Assembly (NCBI GenBank): GCA_965205675.1
Contig: OZ242186.1
Span: forward strand, 864,001 to 928,000
Length of the DNA: 64,000 nucleotides
From: Nitrosopumilus sp.
Lineage (GTDB): Archaea > Thermoproteota > Nitrososphaeria > Nitrososphaerales > Nitrosopumilaceae
Direction of reading: 5' to 3'
Positions 11,348 through 22,196 of this stretch are shown here, one piece after another. A model generated the notes under the pieces. That model worked only from the letters and a program-made list of their open reading frames with translations, did not search any database and was not told the origin of the DNA. Positions within the stretch are counted from its first letter, which is position 1, and every line of letters starts with the position of its first letter. Position numbers and translations under genes: made by a program.

Positions 11348-11722
11348 ATGGCTACAAAAATAGATTTACTTGATATTGTTCAAAAAATTCTCAAATTAGA
11401 CAATAAAATGAGATTTGCTGCAATCATTGATCCTAAAGGCAACATTCGTGAAGCCATTATGAAAACCGGCAAAACTAACTTGAAAAATCAAAAAGAAGAA
11501 GAACATTTCTGTAAACAAGTAGCTCAAAGACGTTCTATGAGAAAAGAATTTGATAGATCCTTAGGAAAAGTACGATATGTTCATGTAGAAAGAGAAAAGG
11601 TTTCTCAAATGGTAATTTACACAAAAAAAAATATTGTATATTTTACAATGGAGCCTGAAATGCCAATTAACACTAAAATCAGATTAATTACAAAAATCAA
11701 AAAAATCACTACTAGTCTTTAG
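11348..11722 (+). CDS. Thaumarchaeal roadblock-like protein (DUF6659-type)
   Basis: MRFAAIIDPKG...RKEFDRSLGKVRYVHVEREKV. Confidence 0.75.
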   Translation: MATKIDLLDIVQKILKLDNKMRFAAIIDPKGNIREAIMKTGKTNLKNQKEEEHFCKQVAQRRSMRKEFDRSLGKVRYVHVEREKVSQMVIYTKKNIVYFTMEPEMPINTKIRLITKIKKITTSL

Positions 11723-11752
11723 ACTTTTTTTAATAGCCCTTTATTTTAGATA

Positions 11753-12109
11753 TTGATGGTATTTCAAAAATATCTCGGCGATTCTAAAATGTTTGAATAT
11801 GATAAATATTATCATGATTGTCAACAACAAAACAAACCCTTCATCAAAGCAAAAACAAATCCCCTTCATGGGAATTATTATGTCCAGTTGGATTTGATGA
11901 CGTGTGATTTTGAATTATCTGATAAAATACAAAAACAAATCTATGAATTACTCCTGTCTGAAATTCAATACGTTAATGATACTTTGAAATATTCTTTTGA
12001 ATGTTTCAGTATTGATAAGGAATTATCTTGGTTTGATGGCATTTCCTCTGAACATGTTGATAGTTTTTGTAATTCATTGTATGATATATGTACTGCAAAT
12101 CATGATTAG
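11753..12109 (+). CDS. Hypothetical protein
   Basis: ORF; start uncertain. Confidence 0.6.
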   Translation: MMVFQKYLGDSKMFEYDKYYHDCQQQNKPFIKAKTNPLHGNYYVQLDLMTCDFELSDKIQKQIYELLLSEIQYVNDTLKYSFECFSIDKELSWFDGISSEHVDSFCNSLYDICTANHD

Positions 12110-12312
12110 AATCGTATGAGATTTTTTAAAATTTTATCAATTACTTGAACCTCTTCTTTTCTTTCTTTAATTGTAGTTTGATTCCATTGCTTTGCAAATT
12201 CTGAGTGTCTGTCCATTTTTTCCAACATTTCAATATACTTTAGAAGGTGAATTTTGTAATCCTGAAGCAAGTCTAGGTGTTTGTTGTGGTTCTTTTCAGT
12301 TGATGTGGCCAT
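12106..12312 (-). CDS. Small hypothetical coiled-coil protein
   Basis: ORF overlapping the upstream gene. Confidence 0.6.
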   Translation of the reverse strand: MATSTEKNHNKHLDLLQDYKIHLLKYIEMLEKMDRHSEFAKQWNQTTIKERKEEVQVIDKILKNLIRF

Positions 12313-12529
12313 TCCATTCCGCTTCTGTTATGTCTGGAAACATATCTCGTATCCTTTTTTTGTCTTTCTCCATTGCATCTATTCTGTTATCCAGATGACT
12401 TTTGATTGCATGTTCTCCCTCCTTCTCCCTTTCTTTTTGAATTTCTGATATTGTATTGTCAAGGGATCTATAATATGAAATATGATTTTTTTTAGATTCT
12501 TCTGACGTGTCTTCTTCTTTTACATCCAA
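12296..12529 (-). CDS. Small hypothetical protein
   Basis: ORF. Confidence 0.6.
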   Translation of the reverse strand: MDVKEEDTSEESKKNHISYYRSLDNTISEIQKEREKEGEHAIKSHLDNRIDAMEKDKKRIRDMFPDITEAEWNGHIN

Positions 12530-12613
12530 TATCTTCTATAGTATTTTGGAAAATAAGTACTTGATCATCTCATCTGTTTACACTAATATTACAATTACTA
12601 TATGTGATAATGT

Positions 12614-12886
12614 ATGAAAATTCTCATTGATGAAATGGATGATGGTTGGGATGATAAACTCAAAGAGTTGGGCTATGATGCTTATAGTGTAAAGAAATTA
12701 CGTACAGATGGCCACAAATTACGAACAGACTATTCTGTAATTAACTATGCCAAAGAAAACAATATGGTGCTAGTTACTCGTGATACTGAAAGTGGTCAAG
12801 CCTGTGAAGAAAATGGTTTGCCATACATTCTATTAGATAACAATGAAATTTTCAAGATTGTTGTAGAAAAATTAAAAAATTCTTAA
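12614..12886 (+). CDS. DUF5615/Mut7-C-type PIN-like protein
   Basis: MKILIDEM...LGYDA...D..VI.YA.....LVTRD. Confidence 0.8.
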   Translation: MKILIDEMDDGWDDKLKELGYDAYSVKKLRTDGHKLRTDYSVINYAKENNMVLVTRDTESGQACEENGLPYILLDNNEIFKIVVEKLKNS

Positions 12887-13449
12887 TTCACATTCTTTGC
12901 ATCCGTGTGCAAAATTCTTAAATTTGCAAGTATTTCGTTGAGAAAATCCTCTTCTGGTTGATGTGAAATGCTATTCATTATTGATTCCCAACAATCATTT
13001 ATCTTTCTAATAATTTGAGAATACATTTTATCTTTTTTAAAACTTGGATAGTATGACAATAATTTCATTATTCCATCCGTTGATTGAACTATGTGTATTT
13101 GATGAATAATTGATCTTAATCTTTCATGATATGAAAAATTCCCTGTTTTTACTGTAATCTCAAAATTCATAATTTCTTCAAAAATAATCTCAATTTCCTT
13201 GTGTAGATTTTTGAGTTGATTGTTTACTGATTCTGAAAGGCTGATCAATTCGTATTCAATATGTGATCTACTGTGTACTCTTTTTTCAATATCCCCTGAT
13301 TCTACAAGTGCACTAATTTCCCTGTATACTATTTTCTCATTGCCTACTTTTTCTATTGCTCTTTTTGCCAATTCCGTACCTCTTATTCTTCCATTCTCAT
13401 TTAGTATCCTGATAATTTCGGTTTTGATGATTTCTGAATTTTTATCCAT
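12883..13449 (-). CDS. Winged-helix domain protein
   Basis: N-terminal wHTH-like IIRILNENG..TEL...VYREISALVESG. Confidence 0.6.
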   Translation of the reverse strand: MDKNSEIIKTEIIRILNENGRIRGTELAKRAIEKVGNEKIVYREISALVESGDIEKRVHSRSHIEYELISLSESVNNQLKNLHKEIEIIFEEIMNFEITVKTGNFSYHERLRSIIHQIHIVQSTDGIMKLLSYYPSFKKDKMYSQIIRKINDCWESIMNSISHQPEEDFLNEILANLRILHTDAKNVN

Positions 13450-13465
13450 GATTTTTCTCTAAAAT

Positions 13466-13699
13466 TTATTTTTGATATTTCTCTATTGTTGCTTTTTCTC
13501 CGTTATTATTGATTTCTAAAATTAGTTCTTCTAATATCTTGATTCCTTTTTTAATTGGTCCTTTTTCTAAATTTTTGTACTCTAGTTTTTGTTTAAGGAC
13601 CATCTTCTCATTGTTTACAAAGCTCAAAAGTGGAACATTTTCCCCCATGTTTAAATTTATGAAAAAATCAATGTATTCTTTAGTTGATTTTATTGCCAT
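13466..13699 (-). CDS. Hypothetical protein
   Basis: 77-aa ORF. Confidence 0.6.
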   Translation of the reverse strand: MAIKSTKEYIDFFINLNMGENVPLLSFVNNEKMVLKQKLEYKNLEKGPIKKGIKILEELILEINNNGEKATIEKYQK

Positions 13700-13805
13700 G
13701 ATTTACAATAATTATTCTCGTATTTGTTAAGTTATTCATACTAGGTTATTTACGATTTTGATTGTACCTGATTATAGATAGTTGTGATATGCATATCGGT
13801 ACGTA

Positions 13806-14568
13806 TACCTCGGAGCATAATTCTTTGCAATTTTTCAAAACAAATAGCAATACTTTTTGATCAGTAGTTGGAAATAATTCCATGGACATCACAAATGACG
13901 AGTTACTCCAGGCCTACAAAAAAGAAAAGTACGGTAAGAAAAAGGAAAGACTGCATGCAATGTGTATAATTAAGATCAACGAATCCACAATTGCTGAAAC
14001 TGCCAACCAAATGTTTTGTACCTACAATTCTGTAAGGAATTAGATAGATTCATTTGAAAGATATGGATTGGAGGGTCTGGAGGACCCCCCCTCGTTCTGG
14101 CCGTCCACCATTAATCTCACACAAAAAATTACAAAAAATAGAGCGTACATTTAAGAAAATTTCAGATGGAATGACTCCAAAAAAAAACTGATACAATTCA
14201 TATTTTACAGAACACGCATTACATATCATATCACTCATGTGCGTCGTTTGATGCACAAATGGAATCTAAAACCAAAGGTTCCACAAAAGGTACATGTGCG
14301 AGCGGCATCCAAGGATGTGTGCCGCAAGTGGAAAAACCGCATCATTTCACGCATAGAAAAGGCAAAAAAGAAAGGTTTTACAGTATTTATCCAAGACGAG
14401 TCTGTATTTGTAGACGATGTACGTCTTGGTAAAAAATACTGGACAGATGCACATCAACGAATGATTGTACGTTGGAGAGGATCGCATCAAAGATTTTTGG
14501 TTTATGGAAATGATGATAATCAAAGTTTTTTTAGATCGTATGAAAAATTTAATTCAATTGCATTTATA
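13806..14568 (+). mobile_element. IS630-family element A, 5' part (pseudogene, truncated by element C)
   Basis: Starts TA|tacctcggagcataa like 19745; co-linear with 19745-19907 plus 21055-21650; contains a stop and frameshifts. Confidence 0.9.
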
Positions 14569-15548
14569 AGACATCTTGCGTAATTACAAACAAAATCTTA
14601 TCTTTCATTGAATTTAATTTCAAATAATTTCTAATCTTATGGAATCACAACAAACTCTTGCTTCCATCTTGTCTTGAAATTCACAATTCCACATACGATG
14701 TCACTTATTGCATCATACCTGCACAATCTGTTCCTAAATGTCTCAGAATTAATCCTAAACTTTTTGATTTGAGAGATAATATGTTCTACTTTTATTCGGA
14801 TTCTTGACTGTATCTTGTTCCATTCCTTTTGATGTATGGTCAGTTTTTTTCCTTTCTTTTTCTTGTATGGTAGAATGCTTGTCTGTTCTGGAAAATCTTT
14901 TTCCACTCCCAAATACCCAAGGTCATAAAATATCATCACATCTTCGTGTAGTGCAGGATACTTTATTTTCAGTATGGCATAATCATGTTTTTTACCTGGA
15001 GAATGTGGGGGTTTGTGGATTATCTCACCTTTCTGGTTTACGGTGTTTGGTTTTTTATTGTGTGTTTTTTTGCCTGAATAGTGAGTCTTTCTTTTCTTTT
15101 TGTTCTGGGGTCTTGGGATTTGCTGCTCTGTCCCATCAGTCATTGCAATTAATTCAGGAAAGAACAGTTGGAGTTGCTGTACATCATTTATTTTTTTAGA
15201 ATCAGAGTATAGTTTTGCAGGAATAGGAACTGTTTTTCTTACTGCCGGCTCTAAATCTGATGTTTCTGTAGACGTTGCTCTGGTCTAATCCAAACAGATA
15301 TCCTGTCAATTCACATGTCAGGTACATCCGATAGTAAACAAACAACATTACAAGCTGGTCTTCAAGACTCAAATCAAACTTTCGCCCAGCTCCGATACTT
15401 CTTTTTCTCTTTGCTTTGGATAGTCTCTTCTTTTCTTCTATACGGTGATTCTTTCTGACATCCTTTAGAATCACATCAAACTGTTGCCTGGTCACTCCAG
15501 TAAAAGAGAGAAGTGATTTTGGCTTTTTTGAGAGTTGCTTGTATGTTA
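14569..15548 (-). mobile_element. ISL2-like (IS5-related, DDE_Tnp_4) element C, left end removed at the D insertion
   Basis: TIR agacatcttgcgtaatta at 14569; ORFs 15202-15561 and 14637-15143 (DGTEQ..RP, DLGYLG, RIKVEH); matches 30070-31147. Confidence 0.9.
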
Positions 15549-16640
15549 TAGCGACGATCAAAAGTTCGCAAACATTTTTGCAGGATTTCTAAAGATATAA
15601 TTTGCAACATCAAGCTTGAATCTTGTCCTTCTAAAATATTTTGACACTGCATCATTCATCATCGTAAACATTGCATAATATTCTGAAACCAACAACGCAT
15701 ACTTGCTTATCTTCCAGCATTGTTCTATCATGTTCAAGTACGGTGATCCTTTTGGCAGCCATATTAGTTTGACATCTCTATTGTTTGCAAGGTATTCCTT
15801 GACCTTCTTTGATTTGTGAACTGATGCTCTATCCAGCATGATTGCAATCTTGCCATATTTCCAGTGTAACTCTTTTAGATATTCTACAAATGTTACAGCA
15901 TTGAATTTATCATGTACTCTAAACAGTTGACTGTTATTTTCCGTAATTGTTCCATATACTGCCAAACTTTCATGATTCCCCGTATATGGAAGAAATATTC
16001 TCTTTGCAACTTTTGACCAGTATTTTTTTCCTATTTTTGTATCCCTTACAAAAAATGCCTCATCAGTCATTGCAATGATAAATCCATTCTTTTTTAGGTG
16101 TGAAATTCTCTTTCTGATGCGTTGCTGCCAGCTTTTCACAGCAGATACGCTTGCATGATTGATATGATATTTTTGTGCAGTTTTTGCAGACATGCCATAC
16201 TGGTGCATTACCTTTCTGATGTAAGTGATGTGAAATTTTACTCCAGTGGAATAAAAGATACTTTGCTGTAGCATCACAGGTGTAAACAAAGTTAGCATTA
16301 CTTTTGACATAATAGCATCTATTCGAGTCTGGGAGATTGTTCTTGGTCTTCCACTCCTTGGGTGGTCGTAGAGGCCATCAAGGCCATCTACCTCAAAACG
16401 ACTCACCCATTTTCGTACCCAGTTTGTGCAGCGATGCAATGTCTTTGCAGTGTGTTCTATTTCCTTACCATCTTTTAGAATCATCAAAGACTGCCAAGCA
16501 TTCTTACTGCAACTTTTGAATTTTCTTTTTTGTATGCTGCTTCAAGGGATTCTAACTTGTTCATGTATTTTGTTGGGTTAACTGATCAAAAAGTTTTTTG
16601 TTTTGGAATTATTTAGTTCACGAACTTTGTCTTTTCTCTA
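15549..16640 (-). mobile_element. IS630-family element D, copy 2; transposase ORF 15558-16487
   Basis: Same TIRs as 9408-10482, TA flanks, HTH plus DDE (DEA/LDRA/LNMIE). Confidence 0.92.
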
Positions 16641-17191
16641 TAGTACTGTTTTTTGATTTTGATTTTATTAAAGAATGGTTTGGCAATTTGTCATATCTTG
16701 GGATTAGATGTTTGTCAATTGCTACAGTAACTGGTTGTTCCAATACTCCCAGTTCTCGTAATTTTGATACTGTACTATCTAGTGACTGATGTAATTGAAT
16801 TTGCATTGTTTTTTGTGATATTTTTGATATGATTTTTCTCAACCATGAACCAGTTGGAGAAGCATTATCTGATTCCATTGCCAGTCTCTTTAATCCAGAT
16901 TCAGAATATGAATTTCCCAAACACAATGACATGATAGAATTATGTGCATCTGCATTGTGGAACCGTGAGTTATTTTTACTAGAGCATGGAAACAACAAGA
17001 TATTGTACATTATTTTAGTGATAATCTCAAATGCTTTAGATAGTATCACGCCTTGGTGTGTCATGGTATCAAATGAATTACAATTCACATTTGATAAAAT
17101 GACACACTATCATCAAGCTTTTTCTATCTGAATAGATTGATTGAATAATTGATAGTTTTTGATCTAAATTGAGTTACTTTCCCATCTACTG
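16641..17191 (-). mobile_element. ISH3-family element E, 5' fragment
   Basis: TIR cagtagatgggaaagtaactcaa ends at 17191; near-identical to 25718-26269. Confidence 0.9.
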
Positions 17192-17267
17192 ATTATATTG
17201 ATTGTTTTTTCCAATAATTACTCAAAAATAGTTGGTGGTAATAGGTTTACAATCACCAAACTATATT

Positions 17268-17327
17268 TTATTGCCCCACATTCGCATAGGATCACTACGT
17301 GATCCTATGCAAACGTAGCCAATAAAC
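17268..17327. promoter_or_regulatory. Long inverted repeat upstream of abiEi (candidate operator)
   Basis: Perfect core gcataggatcac-tac-gtgatcctatgc (17284-17310), with imperfect extension to tttattg/caataaa. Confidence 0.55.
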
Positions 17328-17389
17328 ATTTTTGAGCACCAGTGTGATCGTAATGTTTTTACGTATATTCTTTGTACAATTTATAACAT

Positions 17390-18235
17390 ATGTATGACAC
17401 TGAATATACACAAAATATACGTACAGGTATATCTGGAAGAGAAGCATATCTTCTTAGCTCTCTTGCTGGCGAAGGAAAATCCACTATAACTTTACAGGAT
17501 ATCTCTAGGATATGGGGAGCTACCTATTCAAATGCCAGGGTAATTGCAAACAGATTACGTAAGAAAAAATGGCTTATCACATTGACTGCAGGAAAATATC
17601 TTATTGCGCCATTAAGTGCTGGTGTGGATTCTGAATATACTGAACATGAATTTATTATAGCATCAGAACTTGCTAAAAGCAGACCTTTTTACATTGCATA
17701 TTGGTCTGCATTAAATCATTATGGATTTACTGATCAAACTCCATTTACAGTATTTGTCGCAACAACTGCAAGAATCAAAAATTCTGTCCTTCATGATGTA
17801 AAATACAAATTTGTTACAATAAATAAAAAAAAATTTTTTGGTATCAGGAATAATTTTATTGGAAATAAAAAAATTATAATTTCTGATAAAAACAAAACAA
17901 TTGTAGATGCATTAGATCATCCTGAATATTGTGGTGGTATTGCTGAAGTTGCAAATTGTTTATGGGCTGCAAAAAATGAATTATCTTTTGAAAAAATATT
18001 TGAATATTCTCAAAAAATGCAAAATAGTACTGTAATCAAAAGACTTGGATTTTTAATAGATGTTCTTAACATAAAAATCTCACCTTCACTTTATGATGAT
18101 ATGTGTAATTCAATAAATTCTGGACGTTCATGGTTAGATCCATATTCAACAAAAAATAAAAAATCAAATTTAAAATGGAAATTATTTGTAAATATTCCAA
18201 TAAAATCTATTTTAGAGGCAAAGACAATATCATAG
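17390..18235 (+). CDS. abiEi: Type IV TA antitoxin / transcriptional regulator, AbiEi family
   Basis: N-terminal wHTH (L.KKKWLI.L..GKY), YIAYWSALNHYG.TDQ.P, SDK.KT.VD.L..P..CGG, KRLG.L. Confidence 0.85.
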   Translation: MYDTEYTQNIRTGISGREAYLLSSLAGEGKSTITLQDISRIWGATYSNARVIANRLRKKKWLITLTAGKYLIAPLSAGVDSEYTEHEFIIASELAKSRPFYIAYWSALNHYGFTDQTPFTVFVATTARIKNSVLHDVKYKFVTINKKKFFGIRNNFIGNKKIIISDKNKTIVDALDHPEYCGGIAEVANCLWAAKNELSFEKIFEYSQKMQNSTVIKRLGFLIDVLNIKISPSLYDDMCNSINSGRSWLDPYSTKNKKSNLKWKLFVNIPIKSILEAKTIS

Positions 18236-19054
18236 GTGATTAAAATTCTAACAAATGATCAAATTCGTGTATATGCAAAACAATTTGGAAAACCTGCAGG
18301 AGTAATTGATAAAGACTATGCTTTAGAATGGCTTTTGTTTGGAATATATCATAATGAATCTCCACTCAAAAATGTTCTAGTTTTCAAAGGGGGAACAGCA
18401 ATTCGAAAAATCTTCTTTCCTGAAACATGGAGGTTTTCTGAAGATCTTGATTTTACAATAATCTCTGAGACTGAGCCTACCGTAATTGTAAATGGGTTCA
18501 AAGATGTTTATGACATTATAGAAAATGAATCTGGAATAAAATATGAAGGTGATATCAACGTTCCACAAAGTGGATTAGCAATTTTTGGCCATGTTCATTT
18601 TACAGGTCCTATAGGACAGAAAAATAAAATCAAAATTGATGCTTCACGTGTAGAACAAATGATGGATTCCGTTACCGAGCAAACTGTTACTACTTCGTAT
18701 AGTGATCTTCAAAATTTCTCTATTGTTGGATATTCTCTTGATGAAGTGATTGCAGAAAAAATTCGTAGTTTAATGCAACGTAGTAAAGTTAGAGATTATT
18801 ATGATATTTGGAGGATGTTTGGGCAAGAAAATAATTTTGATCAAGAAAAAATTGGCAAAATGGTTGTAGAAAAATGTACTAAAAATAATATTGATTATGT
18901 TCCTGATACAATCTTTGATTCTCAACGACTAACTGGTTTAGAAGAACATTGGGAAAATGAATTAGGCAGACTGGTTATAGATGATTTGCCTGAACCTAGA
19001 GCTGTATTTACTGAAATTGAGTCAATTTTGACATTCCTTCCAACTATCAGGTAA
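18236..19054 (+). CDS. abiEii: Type IV TA toxin, AbiEii nucleotidyltransferase (DUF1814)
   Basis: DKDY, LVFKGGTAI, RFSEDLDF, AEKI, KVRDYYD motifs; directly abuts abiEi. Confidence 0.92.
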   Translation: MIKILTNDQIRVYAKQFGKPAGVIDKDYALEWLLFGIYHNESPLKNVLVFKGGTAIRKIFFPETWRFSEDLDFTIISETEPTVIVNGFKDVYDIIENESGIKYEGDINVPQSGLAIFGHVHFTGPIGQKNKIKIDASRVEQMMDSVTEQTVTTSYSDLQNFSIVGYSLDEVIAEKIRSLMQRSKVRDYYDIWRMFGQENNFDQEKIGKMVVEKCTKNNIDYVPDTIFDSQRLTGLEEHWENELGRLVIDDLPEPRAVFTEIESILTFLPTIR

Positions 19055-19250
19055 TTGAGACATGGGCATAACCAATTCTAATTTTTGAGTCAATTCTCAA
19101 ATTATTCAAATCAAAAAAGCTAAGGATCTTATCATGTTTTGTTCATTGGAATGATGTGGCAAATTCTAGTGATCTGTACAACAAATCATGAAATGTGAGT
19201 CTTTTTACAATTATCTTTATATTGAAATTTCTTTGTGACACGATTAGAAC

Positions 19251-19744
19251 ATGAATAAGCTAAAGTATAGACGTCTTGCGTAATTATTTCTAGGCGTGAA
19301 TTTTGTTGCAGGATTTTTCAAATTGGTTGAGAAATTTGAATTTTCAGGTATGAATTCTGTTAAAATACAAAATTTGAGAAAAAATCTCTATAATTACGCA
19401 AGAGGTCTTATGCAATACTATTCACTCTAATATTAATTCCTGTAGCAATGGGTGATACTTTGGCTCAAAGTGTCAATGATGATTTTGCCATATCAAATAG
19501 TACCTTGTCTGGATTTATTTCTGATGATGAACCGATAGGCCCTGTAGGCATAGTCAGCGAACTGTACAAGGTACACAGTGATGTTACTGATGTAATCATC
19601 GAGAACACACTTGCAATAAACAGTGTAGGGTACGTAGATGAGCAAGTATATCTTGAGGGCACGTGGGTTGATGAGGCAAAAAACAAGCTAGTCTTATTGC
19701 TAGACCCGGTGCAGGCCCTTGATCCTTTAGACATTGGTGACATA
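19251..19744 (+). pseudogene. Secreted-protein gene interrupted by a MITE in its signal peptide and truncated by IS630 element A
   Basis: Removing the MITE and one TAT restores MNKLKYAILFTLILIPVAMGDTLAQ in frame with ORF 19448. Confidence 0.8.
19269..19408. mobile_element. 140-bp MITE with element C TIRs, copy 1
   Basis: agacgtcttgcgtaatta...taattacgcaagaggtct with TAT duplication; near-identical to 60443-60582. Confidence 0.92.
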
Positions 19745-21980
19745 TACCTCGGAGCATAATTCTTTGCAATTTTTCAAAACAAATAGCAATACTTTTTGAT
19801 CAGTAGTTGGAAATAATTTCATGGACATCACAAATGACGAGTTACTCCAGGCCTACAAAAAAGAAAAGTACGGTAAGAAAAAGGAAAGACTGCATGCAAT
19901 GTGTATATAGTTTAGGCATATAAATTTTGAACGAATTATCAACTATTTTAACCCAAAAGATCTAGATCATAGTTTATACTTACAGAATCATGTCAAAACA
20001 AACTAAAGCATTAATGGTATCTTCAGGAAGCCATTTCATGAAAGGAACAAGCATTAATTTTTTAAGAAAAACATGCCAGAATGAAAAAAATGCAAAAGCG
20101 AAGATAAGATTAAAGGCTGCAATACTAAGAAAACAAGATATTCCGTATTCTGTGATATGTGCCAGTTTGGATGTCATACCATCAACTCTGTCCTACTGGC
20201 TAAATCGAATGGATAAAGAGGGAATAACTGCATCACGCCGCAAGAAATATTCTGGCTCTAGATGTTTCTTAAATAAAAAACAACTAGTGTCATTAAGAGA
20301 TGATCTAATTTCAGGTCCAGAAAAGTTTGGATTCAATCAATTCATGTGGAGTACAAGAATGGTAATTACACATGTGAATAAAAAATACAACACGCTATAC
20401 TCTGCAAGAGGAATGCGTGAATTGCTGCACAGAATCGGATTCTCATCTAAAAAACCAAGACAGACTCATCACAAATCAGCCTCAAAAGAGGAACAAACCC
20501 GTTTTAAAAAAACGCAAAAAGGAGTATCAAAAAATATTCCAAATTGGGATACACCACACTATGTCTGGACGAGTCAACAAATAAAGTAGCACCCAACATA
20601 AAGCGCGGATGGTATCTTGCAGGCAATAACATTACCACACCAATTAATTACACTCGAGAAAAATTTCAATCATTTGGTGCATTGGGCAATAACGGTGTAT
20701 TTTTTTGCAGGTTCTATGATAAATCAAACACAGACTCATTTCTTGATTTTTTAGAATCACTGCAAAAACAATTTGGTAAGAAATTGTTACTGTTTGCAGA
20801 TAATGCATCATACCACAAAAGTGTCCGAGTAAAAGAATTTCTCAAAGCACCAAAAAATAAAGTAATAATTAGATATTTTCCTGCATACACTCCAGAACTC
20901 AATCCAATTGAGATACAGTGGAGAGAAGAGAAAAATGGTAATGCCAATACATTCTTTGCAAATGGAACTGAAATGAGAAAACACATGCAGAAGAGACTAG
21001 ATAATGGAGGGTTCGAGTTGTTAAAGTGTTCAAATATTTAATGCCTTAACTATAATTAAGATCAACGAATCCACAATTGCTGAAACTGCAAGCCAAATGT
21101 TTTGTACCTACAATTCTGTAAGGAACTGGCTTGATTCATTTGAAAAATACGGACTAGAGGGCATGGAGGATCTCACTCGTTCTGGCCGTCCACCATTAAT
21201 CTCACACAAAAAATTACAAAAAATAGAGCGTACATTTAAGAAAATTTCAGACGACATGACTCCAAAAAAACTGATGCAATTCATATTTTACAGAACACGC
21301 ATTACATATCATATCACTCACGTGCGTCGTTTGATGCACAAATGGAATCTAAAACCAAAGGTTCCACAAAAACTACATGTACGTGCCGCATCCAAGGATA
21401 CATGCTGCAAGTGGAAAAACCGCATCATTTCACGCATAGAAAAGGCAAAAAAGAAAGGTTTTACAGTATTCATCCAAGACGAGTCTGTATTTGTAGACGA
21501 TGTACGTCTTGGTAAAAAATACTGGACAGATGCACACCAAAGAATGATTGTACGTTGGAGAGGATCGCACCAAAGATTTTTGGTTTATGGAAATGATGAT
21601 AATCAAAGTTTTTTTAGATCGTATGAAAAATTTAATTCAATTGCATTTATAGATTATTTGGAAGCAGCTCGTAGAAAATTTGGAAAAATATTTGTTATCG
21701 TCGATAGAGCACCGCAACACAAAGCTAATGATGTAAAAAAATATCTGCGTAAAAACAAAGATGTCAAACTGGCATATCTTCTGAGAGGCTCCCCGCATTT
21801 GAGTATGATTGAAGAGATTTGGAGACAGTGCAAACATGTTAATGTTGAATCAGAATTTTATGAATCTATTCATGAAATGAGGCATACAGTTATGGAATAT
21901 TTTAGAACCCACAAATTTAATCTGAATATGTATCAGTATTTTGTAAGAACAGTAAATTGAAAAGACTTATGATCTGGGTA
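19745..21980 (+). mobile_element. IS630-family element A, full length, interrupted by element B
   Basis: Ends tacctcggagcataa / ttatgatctgggta with TA flanks; the ORF starting at ATG 19821 resumes after B as 21097-21960 (DES, DRAPQH, LSMIE). Confidence 0.9.
19908..21052 (+). mobile_element. IS630-family element B, copy 1 (orfA 19990-20589, orfB 20544-21041)
   Basis: TIR tagtttaggcat / atgccttaacta with TA duplication; the empty site tgtgtataattaag is seen in the A copy at about 13961; DES, DNASYH, PELNPIE motifs. Confidence 0.92.
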
Positions 21981-22196
21981 TACAAAAACGATAAAATCCT
22001 TGATCAATATCGTGAGATTGCCAAATCCCTGAATTTTGATTTTAAAAAAATTCATTGCATATAACAAAAGTTTTGTGGGCTATACTTTTGGAGAAAGTTG
22101 TTCATGATGAAATTCTCCCCCCAAGTTAACTTTCAAGTATTTGTGTCATAATGGTCATGATACTGGCAATCATAAAATTCCTAAAGTAAAAGAGTT

